A stretch of 64,000 nucleotides of DNA, from assembly GCA_964016885.1 (NCBI GenBank), contig OZ024740.1, positions 399,466,001 to 399,530,000 of the forward strand. Reading direction: 5' to 3'. Shown here one piece after another: positions 51,579 to 64,000 of this stretch. Source of the stretch: Eledone cirrhosa. Lineage: Eukaryota. The position numbers and the translations under genes are program-made. The notes under the pieces were generated by a model. That model was not told the DNA's origin. It searched no databases and was given only the letters and a program-made list of their open reading frames with translations. Each line of letters opens with the position of its first letter. Positions within the stretch are counted from its first letter, which is position 1.

Positions 51579-52345
51579 CATACATATATATATACACATA
51601 CATATATATATACACATATATATATACATACATATATACACATATATATATATACATACATATATACATACATATATATATACACATATATATATATACA
51701 TACATATATACATATATATACATACATATATATGGTGGCTGCCAACTCGTTTTCGAGTACGGCCACTACTTTATATCCATGTAGGAGAACCCCTACCGAT
51801 GCGCTGAACGAGTGTGACATTTTAGTCCAGCCAGCGACTTGAAAACTCTGGTACAAACACTACACTTGTGACAATTATTGACACATAGTGCTGAGCCCAT
51901 GGTTCCATGTGACGACAAGTGCAGAGAGATCTCTAGATATAAAGCAATGCCTGTGCCGTGAAACTTTTATAGTGAGCAAAGGCACTGCACAAAGCCAGTC
52001 CCACTCTCTTAACCAAGATGATATTTACCAAAAAGAAGAACAAGTCAACATCATTGGATACCGTCAGGGTTGCAGGTGTTATATCAGAGTTTTCCTTCTC
52101 CTAGAATTCTGCCTTTACAAAGGCTAAGGGGTCATCTCTCCCGGTGATTTTGGATGGCCATTGACTCTTAAGAGCTCCTTTGCCCTTTGACAGGTTTTGT
52201 TTTTAGTCCTGCAGGATGTCCAAAGTCACCCTCCTCACCAAGAAACCTTGGTGGGGTTGCCAGTTTAGTCGCCAACGACCCGACCATGAGACAGGTTGTA
52301 CTGGGATACATGTTACCAGTAGCACCAACTGGTGACCTGACATCA
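49200..52345 (-). mobile_element. BovB-like RTE LINE lacking endonuclease, with three C-terminal C2H2 fingers
   Basis: Open RT from about 51480 to 49209 (GNYRGISLLS, FVDLTKAFD, GVKQG, LYADD); three CxxC...HxxxH motifs; GC-rich 5' UTR-like segment 51733-52345. Confidence 0.88.
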
Positions 52346-52454
52346 ACATACATACATATATATATATATACATACATACATATATACATGATGGTTGCTC
52401 CCTCGTTATCGAGTATGGCCAATACACGAGAACCCCCCCCCCCACAATAATAAC

Positions 52455-52486
<32 letters not shown>

Positions 52487-52492
52487 TGTTCA

Positions 52493-53222
52493 TATGCAGG
52501 TATCATACAACCTGCCTTTCATTTTTAGGGAGAACCCTTTAGCGGCTAATAGTGGTATAAGCTCTCTGAACTTTTTCCATCCAGTTCTGACTCTAGCTAC
52601 TGTACTTTCAGAGCACCCTCCCCCACTGCTGAAGAAACAGTCAGCAAGGTTAGAATTAACAACAAATATAGTGAAGAGTTTAGTGTAAAAGTTGGTGTTC
52701 ATCTGGGCTCCGTTCTTAGCCCCCTACTATTTATTATTGCCCTTCAGGCTATAACAGTGGAGTTCAAGACTGGCTGCCCATGGGAACTCCTATACGCAGA
52801 TGATCTAACGCTCATAGCTGAATCAATGGCTGAACTAGAGAAGAAATTCCAAACATGGAAGCACGGCCTAGAATCAAAAGGCCTTAAAATTAACCTGGCT
52901 AAGACTAAAGTTCTAGTTTGTAGGAAGGAAAATAGGGTGCCGGTCCCATCCGGGAAAGGGCCATGCTCAGTGTGTAGGAAAGGAGTAGGCAGAAACTCCA
53001 TTTTATGTCCTAAATGCAAAGTATGGGTGCATAAAAGATGTAGTGGGATCACAGGTAAGCTAACTAAGAACATAGATTTTACATGTGGCCGGTGCTCTGG
53101 TGCAATAAGTAGCAGCAAGTGCCCACAAAACATTAGCTCTTTCAATTGCACAGAGGGTTCTATAGAAATAGTGGACAGCTTCCGTTACCTGGTGACAAAA
53201 TCAGCAGTGGGGGAGGGTGCTA
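52493..53222. mobile_element. RTE family B copy with internal inversion
   Basis: Minus piece 52493-52630 (SSGGGC...YDTCI) abuts plus piece 52631-53222 (ETVSKV...YADD...ISSGGGC). Confidence 0.85.
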
Positions 53223-53697
53223 TAATAAAATAAACTCACAATATATCTTCTGTAAAAAAAATGAAAAAGAGATATTGAAAAGTAAAGCAAGGAAGGAAGT
53301 AAGGAAAGAAGAAAGAACCATAAAGAATTATGCCAGGTATAAGTGTTGTAGTGCTAATTTTTTAAACATTTGACTAGACAAAGAAAAAGCAACTGAGAGA
53401 CTAAATAAATGATGGTAAACTCACCACATTACAAACCAGATAAGAAAATAGGAATCTAGCATGCAAGATCTATGGTTGATGCATGGCTCAATAGTTTACT
53501 CCCTCTTTAACTATTTTTGAGATGAAGTCCAATCATGTTCCTATACTGAACAAGACAAGCTCAGTTTTATGGGATATAAAAAGAGTATTGATACCTAAAT
53601 CCTGTAAAATAAAAAGCAGCTGAATCACAACAAAAATTATTTTCACTGTGACTGCCTTTTCTAGTACAAATAGCAGCCCAATAGATTAATCATTTGT

Positions 53698-53880
53698 TCT
53701 TATTTTGGCACAAGGCCAGCAATTATCCCAGTGCATTACTGGTCCTTCATTTTATCTACCTTGTAAGGATGAAAGGCAAAGTTAACCTTGGTGGGATTTG
53801 AACTTAGACCGTCAAGGGCCGTAACTCTATGCTGCAAAGCATGGTGTCTGACCCTCTACCGATACTGCCAATCCACCGCC
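53698..53880 (-). mobile_element. SINE family 1 full copy
   Basis: Matches 3184-3366. Confidence 0.85.
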
Positions 53881-55719
53881 ATTAATAATGATGATTTTTC
53901 ACATACCTTATACAATTATCAGTCAATAAAATACAATTCATAAAATACATACTCTATAGAATTACCCAACAATAATGGTATATAACCCACACAACATATT
54001 CTCTGCACAACCACCACCCAGTATGAACAACACAACTTTTCATAATAGACACCTATTACTCTAACACCTCCCACAAACAAATGTAGTATAGAAAGACAAT
54101 TTTACATTCCCAAAGATATTGCTGCACACATCACCGGAACATGCAGGTGCACCTAGTGGTGCAATAGAAACTCATTCTATGGTGACAAGGTTGTTGTTGA
54201 TGATGATGATTATCTAGGGGTAAACGAAGGAGATAGCATACAACACTCTGCTATGAAAAGGAAAATCTGCAAAGAATACTCTGGAGAGTAAGAACAGTAC
54301 TAAAGACAGAACTAAATTAATCAAATTGAATTTGAAATGTATGAGAAAGACATGGTTCCTCAACCTATCTAGTTTCAGATCATGGCAACCCATCCAGCCC
54401 ATGCCAGCATGAAAAATAGACATAAAATAATGATTATGATGAGTGAGTGCTATAGAATAAAAGCTTTAAGGAACTGAGTTAGTGGCATGGTTTCAATTTC
54501 GAGTTGTTGCTATTTCACTTCAGTTCAAGCTGTACTAGTACTCTTCAGAGAAGAATGGATATGGCAGAACTTGCTTGCCACTTTCTCCTGATAAACCTGA
54601 GGCTTTTTATGGAAAGAAACAAACCAAAGTGTCACAAATATGGCACATGACAGTCAGATAAGCAAGTTTTCAGAAATTTATCAATTAGAGGGGGTTCTTA
54701 GAACAGCTTCTGTAATAACTATCAATCAATATGGAAGTCAGTGAGTGTATAATAGCAGGTGGTGGTAATAGTGATAACATTACAGTGGTCTTGGTGGTGA
54801 GATGAGGGCTGTGAGGTAATAGTATTAGTGATAGTAATAGTAGTAGTGGAACAATAGTAACAGTGAGAGCAATAGTGCTGATAGTGAGGGCAATAACAAT
54901 GAGAGTGATAATAATGGTGGTGGTGGTAGTAGTTACAATGGCTAACAGTAGTGGAAGTGGGTGAATTGGTGAGAGTGGAAAGGATAGCCGTGGTGAGGAT
55001 GTTAAGTACACCAGAAATAAAAAAGACAAAACCAAAGAAATAACAATAAATGTAGGGAGCAGTGCTGTGTTAACTAACAACAGTAGTGTATTGATCTTAA
55101 GGCTTGAGCCAGTAACTCAGAAAGTATTTCCTAAATTATTTATAACAACAAAAGCCATAGGTCACGTGAACTATTTGGGTGCACTAATCGACATATGGTG
55201 AAGAGACAACATTGTTTGAACTTCCAGTTTGAAAGTACAAGAGAAACACTGAAACACTTTGTTTACATTTGCAGGAAAGGTGACAGCCTTAACTTTATGA
55301 AGTAGATTGCTGTCAATGTGTATGGCATAATTGATTGTAATGATGATGGAATATTCTAGAAAAATTTCTCAGTCAATTAAAATGTCTAAAATGCAGAAGT
55401 GGAAAAAAAAAATGAAAAGAAAATACAGAAGACAATAGTTAAAAAGTTATGTAAATAGGATAAATAGTAACTGGTTGAAAGTTTTCATAAGTTTAATTGT
55501 AATTTTTGAATTACACTGATGAGGCACAATTAAGTATGTTTATCCTCATGATTGTGCTAAACTTAATACTGTTACATTAAGTTCCAAATGTAGGACGTTG
55601 TTAATCACTAAGTCAAATTGAGCAGATCTATGATCAAAGGTGTTTTAGCAGTGACAATTCAGTTTATTTTCAAGCATAGTATATCTAGGTCAACATAATT
55701 GAATATATCTTTTTACTTT

Positions 55720-56900
55720 CCACATCCACCCAAATATTCACACTGCAGCAGATTTTTGAGAAATTGTGGGAGTATTGCCAAGAGGTGTAGTCTAGTTTCA
55801 TAGACCTCGAAAAGGCATATGACCACATTCCATAGGACTTGCTGTGGAAGATTTTGCAGGAGTAATGGATAGTTTCTTGTTGCCCTGATGCCTCTATATG
55901 AATGCCCTAGTATGTATGTTTGGATAAAAGTTGCTAAGTCAAAACCATTCAATGTGGGTGTCAGACTCTGCCAAGTGTGCATACTGCCACCCCTCCTGTT
56001 TATAATCTTCATGGACAGGATTAACATGCACAGCTAGATTAAAACTGGTGTCAAGACTGGCGGATGTAGGATCAGTTGGCTGGAATTTGCAGATGACATG
56101 TTACTAAGTAACTTGTCAGGTGATGTCTGACATACACTTGATAGGTTTGCTGTCAACAGGAATGAAAATCAGTGCTGCAAAAACTGAAACACTCATCCTC
56201 TCAAGGGAGCCTGCGCAGTGCACTCGACATGAGAGTGGAGTTCCACTGAAGGAGGTGGAAAAGTTCAAGTAACTTGGGGCTGTGTTCACGAGTGGTGGAA
56301 GGCAGGAGCTGATGAAGTAATGTACTAGCTCCAGCATTCGGTCATCAGATGAAGTGAGGTATGTTTAAAAGCCAAACTCACTATCTTCAATTTGGTATTC
56401 ATGCCACCCTTTACCTATGGTTATGAATCTTAGGTAATGACTGAAAGAATATGATCGCGAATACAAGTGGCTAAAATGGGGTTCCTCCGAAGGGTCTTTG
56501 GAGTAATGTTATTTGATAGAATATGTAGCTCAGAAATCTGAGAAATGCCCCAGGTAGAGCCACTACTTTTCTGAATTAAGAGATCACAGCTCTGATATTA
56601 TAGACATGTGGTTAGAATGTCTAAGGAAGGAATTGCTGGACAGATTTGCGGGTAAAAACAACTCGTAGGAAACCTAGGGGTAGACCCTGAACAATATAGT
56701 TGAATTATATCCATGAGCATGGCTGGTCTCATTTGGGGACCCAGCCGGATCAGTTGGAGATGGTTGCTTCTGACAGGACCTGCTGGGAGGTGTGCTTGAG
56801 GACCATACCCACATGACCCTCTTGGGAATAAGTGGGCAAAGAAGGAGGAGGAAGAGAAAAAGAAGGATAGAAAGAAGAAGAGGAAGAAGAAGAAGAAAGT
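55720..56900 (+). mobile_element. Old degenerate RTE-type LINE fragment with (GAA)n tail
   Basis: DLEKAYD, SKPFNVGV...PLLFIIFMD, FADD and EKFK.LG remnants with stops. Confidence 0.75.
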
Positions 56901-59589
56901 CTTTTCTATGATATGGGAGATCTGACTGCTATTTCTAGTTGGTCAAACAACCATGTATAGGCTTCCTTGTTAACCTGATTTATGTGCAAATCTAACACTA
57001 ACTTACCAACCAATTGCTTTAGTCTTAAATTCATGCCAAACATATTTGGACTGGTAGTGAGTCTTGGTTAAACAGGATCACAGTTGAAGAATTAATTATA
57101 GCTCAGGTCCAGAGGAGGACTTGCAATAAAAACAATAGTGAACTGGACAATAGCCTGATAATTTATTCATAAATAAGTGACTAAGCCAATGAGAGCTGTC
57201 TTTGTCATGGATATTTCATCCGACCAGTTTGACTTAACTAACATTTATATAGTTAAATGAGTGTAAAAAAAAAAAGAATACATATTCAATGTACTGTGGT
57301 TACCATTAAATACTTCATTGGTTCTCCTGCATCTTAAGTGTGCTTTATAAGAACTTCTGGAGTGTAAGTGAGGAATTATCCCCACTACTACAGCTCTACC
57401 AATATGAATAAAACACAAGATATTAACTGACCACATTTAGATATTACTAATAAAAAATGCAGCTCATGACCCAACTATAATTTAACCCCATAAAAATGTT
57501 AGAACTGAAAGATATCTTAAGCATGCAAGAAGTGCAATAATCTTCAATCCAAACTACTGCAATAACTTCTTCAACCAATTATAAAAAAATTACACACTCA
57601 TCAGCAACACACCAGAACATTACTACAACATCATTTGAGAATCAGTTACTTATACCTACCAAAACAGCAACAACATTGAATAGAACAATTATTATATTGT
57701 GTTGAACCCTTTTAATAAATCCCATGTGATATAAGAAATCAAATAATAACTGACTCAACCCTCTATTACCATCAAAACAGATTGGTAAGGAAACTAAATT
57801 GAACATGTAAAACAATGGATATAGAAAGTTCAATGTGGTTCTAAATTAGACTAAAGTTTTGCTTCTCTAATTAATAAGACTAGAATTCCTAGTTCTAGAC
57901 TGGAAGGCTGAATCTTATTTAATTAAAAGACTATTAGCCTACATACTGAAAAATTTAACATATACAACAAAATATCAAGTTTTATTTACATAATTTAATT
58001 AAATTAAGCTAATGTACAAGTGTTTATAATAAAATAACATAATAAAATCCAGAAATGCAATAATTCTTTAGTATAGTCAACAATGAAAATAATATGAAAC
58101 CATCTACTAAAACAAATGATTTAAAGAGTCTTTTGTAATTAATTATTGTAAAATAAAAATGTGATATTTGGTCTTAGCATTTATTCACAAAATATTTTAT
58201 TAAGGTTGCATTCTGTGAGGATGTGAATTCATTTAGTTTTTAAAAGTTTATTAAATGAATTTTACCAACATAAACTATCATTAATTTCCTTGGTGTTTTT
58301 GTTTTTAATTTCATTGTTGATCATAATCATAGATTTAAAGGGACTATGAGGTGAACGATCATTATTTGAGATTTGAATCATGCTTAAAAATACTGATTCA
58401 TAATAGTAGACAGCACAGTATCAAAACAAGATAAACATCAGATTATGTCATCATCAGTTATTTTCATTTGATGCTCCTTTTTCCATGCTGGCATGGGTTG
58501 GACAGGTCACCACAGACCAGGTTAATACATATTTGCGGCAGTTGTCTCAGACAGGTTCTGCTTATATATGTTTTGATTTAGGCATGATTTCCATAGCTGG
58601 ACGCCCTTCCTATCACCGACCACATTACAGAGTGTACTGGGGGTATTTTGTCATGGCACCAGCACTAAAGTTGTCATATCCTTGATGTGACAAACAGAAT
58701 CTTGAAATATTTAAATTACTGCAACCCTTGTTCTAGAACACTCAGTCCGATGCTGTATCAACTAAAAACCAACTAAATAAAGAAGTTATATTAAACTTGT
58801 CATTAAATATTCTAAATATTCTGGAGTTTATTATTTGTGCCATGGTTTTCTGAACAGGAATATACAATGAGAACAATAACAACATAAACATTTTCAGGAA
58901 ACTGTTCTAAGGAAGAAATTTAAGCATTTTTTTTTTACTTTACTTCATTCCCAAATAGAGTACCTGGAGCTTAAATGAAATATTAAATGCAACAAGAATA
59001 AAACTATTTATTTTTATAAACAAGAGTACTAAAGAATTATCTCTAAGAAGAGCACTTTTGATTTCTATTCAACAATACATTTAAATTGTATAATTTTAGA
59101 AGAATCATATATGCTATTTATTAGATATATGTATTATTGTATTCAGTTCTTTGTTTCCTTTTACAGTTAATGGCAGCAACATTAATCTGGAATGTGGTCT
59201 TTGTTATTATATTCCAATATATCTCAGTGATAAAACATGTTTATTAAATAGATAATATGACTGTCAAGATGCAAAATATATGTTTCAATGCATAATGTTA
59301 GATAAAACGTTTTGCAAAGAATTCACTAAAATATATATTTATAGTAATCCAGGAAAGGAAAAAACCATATATGAAAATAAATGAGATACCTGTTAGAGTT
59401 TTGAAAGCAAATTCTAAAAATAATTTTATGCCTTTTTTCTATGTTAGCTTAAGTAGGATATTTGCTGTAAACTGTCTATGGGAAATTTTATTTTTACACT
59501 TAAATAAAAATTAGCTGTTTCTTTTTTCTTTTATACTCAAATTAGCAGTTTATCAAACATAAGTAATTAGCAGTTGAAAGATTAAATGA

Positions 59590-59857
59590 AAAGAGTCTTA
59601 AGCCAGGAGGCTTGTCAGGCCAGTGCTTATCCTGGTTTATGACATGAAGCAACAGAGTACAAGACTTCCCTCTGGACAGGATGTCAGTCTATTGCAGGGT
59701 TAAACCCCCAGCTATTGCTGGTACTCATTTTCAGCTGAGTATACTGGAACAACGTGAAATGAAGTGTTTTGCTCATGAACGCAACAGCCCAGGAATCGAA
59801 CCCATGGCATTATGATAATAAATCCAACACCTTTACCACTAGGCCACAAGCCTCCAC
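59590..59857 (-). mobile_element. tRNA-derived SINE related to family 2
   Basis: Head tggcctagtggtaaagg...ggttcgattcc; body ttcacgttgttccagtatactcagctgaaaatgagta. Confidence 0.7.
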
Positions 59858-60686
59858 TAGATGAAAAGAGGCAAATTTCTTTTCTGTTCTATGTTAGTCA
59901 ACCAAGGAGAGACAGTGCTTATGACTTTTCTATGTTTTCTCAGACAGTTGATGTTCATTTTGAACATTTGCAGATGAGTGTTGACAAGAAAAATATAGGC
60001 AGAGAGGTATTATAGAGAGTTGTATTTCTGGGAAGGAGAAACTGAGTAAAGTATTTAGTGCAAAGTGAAACAGTAGAATCTAAGCAAACTAATGAAAGTC
60101 TGCATCAGAAGTCCAAAAAGTTCACAAAGGGAAATATATTACTTTGAAGAGAGAAATGCATTTCAGGCAAAATCCTTCACTATTTAGTATAAATGACAGA
60201 GTGAGTGTGATGAAGGAAAAAAGGGGTGGAATGATCAAGTGACCAGTGTGAAGATGGTATACAGCTACTTCAGAAAAGCAGAAAGACATCATTATAGAAA
60301 AAAAGGAGTGGAGAATGAGGAAAGCAAGGAAATCAAAGTAGTACAAATGTAACAATGAAAATCTTAAGAAATTATTCTGAAAAGAATATTACTATTCTAA
60401 AATATTCTCTTAATTAGTTCTTATTAAAAAACTTTATTTAAATGTAAGATCCCATTAAGCTAAGAATATTCTGGCGAAAAAAGTATTTAGCCGTGTTAAT
60501 GCCTGTCTGATTTTATATGTACTATAAAGCTAGAGGAAATATTATATACTGCTTATTCAACCAGGACATTTGTTGAAGAGATCTGATGTGGTTTCTATAA
60601 TATTCTTGGCAATGGTCCTACATTAAAACACATGTTAAATGCCTAAACAAAAACAAATATTGTAAATAAATATATATTTTACTTAC

Positions 60687-60689
60687 AAA
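60687..60689 (-). CDS. SOWAH: Candidate 3-nt microexon (TTT, Phe) of SOWAH-like gene
   Basis: Minus strand reads ...ctctccggtctccactaacag|TTT|gtaagt. Supplies the F immediately before TALHW, phase 0. Confidence 0.6.
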
Positions 60690-61729
60690 CTGTTAGTGGA
60701 GACCGGAGAGATATTCACCAAGATTCGGAATAATTCAATATTTCATTATAAAATGGGGAAAAAGAACAAATGAGATAGTATGAAATACATTTGAAAATTA
60801 ACACAAAATGCACATGCATGGATACATACATATATACAAATTTGTTTAATTAAATACATGGAAGTCGCTGAAAATTATAGGATATAAATTTAAACTGTTA
60901 TATACAGAACATTGTCACTAGGCACACTACTTCATTTTCGTTGCCATATAATATTTTAAAATATATTTGGGTGTTATTGCTTACAACCTCTTCTAGCATA
61001 TAGTTCGCTTAAAAACAATCACCAGATATCTATTTCAAGCTTTCTTTTTAGTTGGTATCTACTTCAAGAACTGGATGTCCTTCCTTGGTTATACTCTTTT
61101 TTTATGGTCTTGCAGTTGCGAAGATAGAACTTGCCTTGTGAGATTTGATTTAGGATTGCAGTGTGCAACTAATCTGAAGTGTTCATTGATTACTCTTTAA
61201 AACAGTTCTGTATCATAGTATCATGGTTTCTGGCAGTTTACTGTGTGCAACACACTCCTCCCACAATAAATCTCATTTTGAGAAACCATATAAAATTGTT
61301 TTAAAGTGTTTGTATTTATCCAAAAACCTTCTATCATAGTTTTATGAATGAACCTTTATGTTCCAAACATCAGCTTGAAAATTCAAAAATTAGTTATATT
61401 ACTAAATTCTTGATTATGTTTTGAAAATGGTTTGAAAATTATAGGTAGTGCCTTTCATGAAAAGTACGGCAATGAAAGAATTAATAGATAAATATTTTTG
61501 TGACACATAGGAACACCATTCTGCTTACAATGACCTATTTTCAGGAAACCTGTCTGAGATTGAACATAATACAAATTAGATAGTTTCAATAAATTCTGCA
61601 GTTAATCTAATAAATGCTTTCCTATTGGCAACAACAGACATTCTGTAACAGGAATTCTGTTAATGCAAGAAGTTCTTTCAAAACTTTACATATCTTAGTG
61701 TAAAACATCAGAAAAAGAAATTTACTTAC

Positions 61730-61732
61730 ACC
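61730..61732 (-). CDS. SOWAH: Candidate 3-nt microexon (GGT, Gly) of SOWAH-like gene
   Basis: Minus strand reads ...gacatcacttcag|GGT|gtaagt, with a pyrimidine-rich upstream tract. Supplies the G of the ankyrin G-F-T-A-L-H motif, phase 0. Confidence 0.6.
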
Positions 61733-61902
61733 CTGAAGTGATGTCAAATTCAGAAATTCAACGGTAAAGCGAAAATATGAAAGAAAAAAGACATTACATT
61801 ATGTATTACTAATTTTGACAGATGATTTGCTTTTCCTATATATATACATACATATACATGCACACATGTACATACACATAAACATATATATACATACACA
61901 CC

Positions 61903-61954
<52 letters not shown>

Positions 61955-63239
61955 GACTGCTTAATCATACATGTGCGATATTTCCAGCTGTCATTACATG
62001 ATCAATTTTTCTAGGCTGACACTCTTGACAGCTGATAAATGGCATATGTCATTCTAAACTATAGAACTATCTGAAAGCATTGAGTGCCATCATTCACCCA
62101 TTAACACTTCTTTCTTCTTGTGGCACCAGTACTAGGGAGGCTGTCATGCTCTTGACATAATTGAAGAGTCCTCTCAACCCTTCTTAATAACAACCATTTT
62201 ACAGAGTGTACAGAGTGAATATAATTGTGACACTAAGGAGATTAACATGTCTTTGACACTGTTGAAGAGTCCTCTCAACCCTTAGTTTGGCTTGGTATCA
62301 ATAGTTTGGTGCCCTTCTTAATAGTAACCACTTTCTACTGAGATGGTATAAACTGGAGCCTAGTTTCTATCTCAGTTATTTGAGCCAGCTTTTTACACAT
62401 GCTCTTTGTACCTCATTATATTATCATAATTTAGGCATGTGGTCTTGTAGTTACAGCGTTTGGCCCCCAATGATGGGTTTAATTAACAGAGCAGGTGACA
62501 CATTGTGTACTTGAGCAAAAACCTTTCATTTCATGTGACTACAGTTCACTCAGGTGAAAATCATTACCAGTGGTAGCTGGGGAGTTAGCCCTGTGACAGG
62601 CTGAAATCCAATCTGAAGTTAGAGGTGGAAGTCTGTCTGCATCCCCAGTTACTTAATACTCATCAAACCAAAATAATTTCTAGGCTCTGCCCAGCCCATG
62701 CAATCATGTATAAACAGATGTAAAAACAATTCTCTTATATCCAAACTATTTCATCATCACTACCACCATCATCATTATCAAATTCCTAACATCATTCTTC
62801 TTTATACATACAGGCATATATATAGTTATACGCATGCACACACATATACATAGATAAAGATATCTCGGTACTATTTCTACATGATTATTATTGAAATTGA
62901 AGAATTGTGTATTGGAGGAGATGAAAGAAATTATTCATTCTTAATTGAGAGACCCACTTTCTCCCTGACCACTTTTTGATAAAATACTGGACGATTATAT
63001 TTCAGGAATCAATTCTTTGAAATTGAAAACAAGATGATATATGCTGGAATACGTTTGAATGAAAAATAATCTATACATAGGTAATTTCAAAAGCAATTAA
63101 TTAAATTTTAATAAAATGCTTTCTTCAAACTCATTTTCGATTCTTGAAAAGTGAAAAAATTAAATTTACCCTGTCAAGAAAACACATCTGTTAGTGGCAT
63201 AAAACATTCTAGCTTTTTTCTTAAAATCATTTTGTAGGT

Positions 63240-63390
63240 CTGGGAATCAGATTGGTAGAATCATTTAAATATTGGATAGCATACTTTGTGGTATTCGCTC
63301 ATGATCTCTGTGGTCTGAGTTTAAATCCCACTGAGGTAAACTTTGCCTTTCATCCTTTAGAGGTCGATAAAAGGACAAGTTCAGTACAGG
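63240..63390 (+). mobile_element. Degenerate SINE family 1 copy
   Basis: ctttgcctttcatcctttagaggtcgataaaa core. Confidence 0.7.
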
Positions 63391-63716
63391 GATAGATCCT
63401 TTATAGCTCTTTCTCACGTCTCTCTATTACTCTCCCTTCTTCTCTGGAAGAAACTGACTGTGTTCAGACTTGGAGAGGAGATGGGCTTCACCATGTTTTA
63501 AATGCCCCAAAATGACCAGATGTCTGTTTGGCACTCCTATGACTCTACCAGAAGTTACAAGTACATATATACATTTAGTAGGTCTGGAAAAAAATGAGAA
63601 TGCTATGGGCTACACTCATGCTCTTGCCTCAGACCAGCGAGTTTGATGCAGTTGATGTTTCATTTACTGTTGCATTAATTTATTTCAGTAAAATTTTAAA
63701 TTTCATAATAAATATT

Positions 63717-63750
<34 letters not shown>

Positions 63751-63751
63751 G

Positions 63752-63784
<33 letters not shown>

Positions 63785-64000
63785 TCAGGTTTGAGGTTCA
63801 CCACTGTATAGAGCTGGTCTATTCCGTATGGTCAATCGTAATGCAATAATATAGAGAGTACTCAACGTAAAGCAGTTCAACCGTCTTTGTTTTTGTAGTT
63901 GGTGGTGCTATTACGGAGTTAAATATTATAATGAAATGACAGGAGGCTGGATTTGTGTAAATCCTTGAAAGGTTTATTATACTATGATCATTTCAATGAC

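Noticed and set aside
54685-55080. 131-aa hydrophobic ORF
   Set aside because: Derived from decayed (TAG/TGG)n low-complexity sequence.

Overview
AT-rich, microsatellite-laden animal genomic DNA. The SINE/RTE repertoire and the (TA)n/(CA)n density suggest a coleoid cephalopod such as Octopus (inference). Most of the window is intronic sequence of one minus-strand SOWAH (sosondowah)-like ankyrin-repeat gene. Three exons splice cleanly in frame (33308-33397, 15933-16005, 13945-14025). Two 3-nt candidate microexons (GGT at 61730-61732, TTT at 60687-60689) supply exactly the G-F expected before TALHW. Candidate downstream exons lie at 10640-10677 and 9287-9475. The introns carry an intact full-length RTE LINE with a PHD-like finger inside the RT, a BovB-like RTE with three C2H2 fingers, R4/Dong, CRE and CR1 fragments, two SINE families, and piggyBac and hAT MITEs. 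They also carry Penelope-like elements, including a near-perfect 3.4-kb palindrome with U3-A8 variant hammerhead ribozymes. All calls are by eye; no database searches were run.
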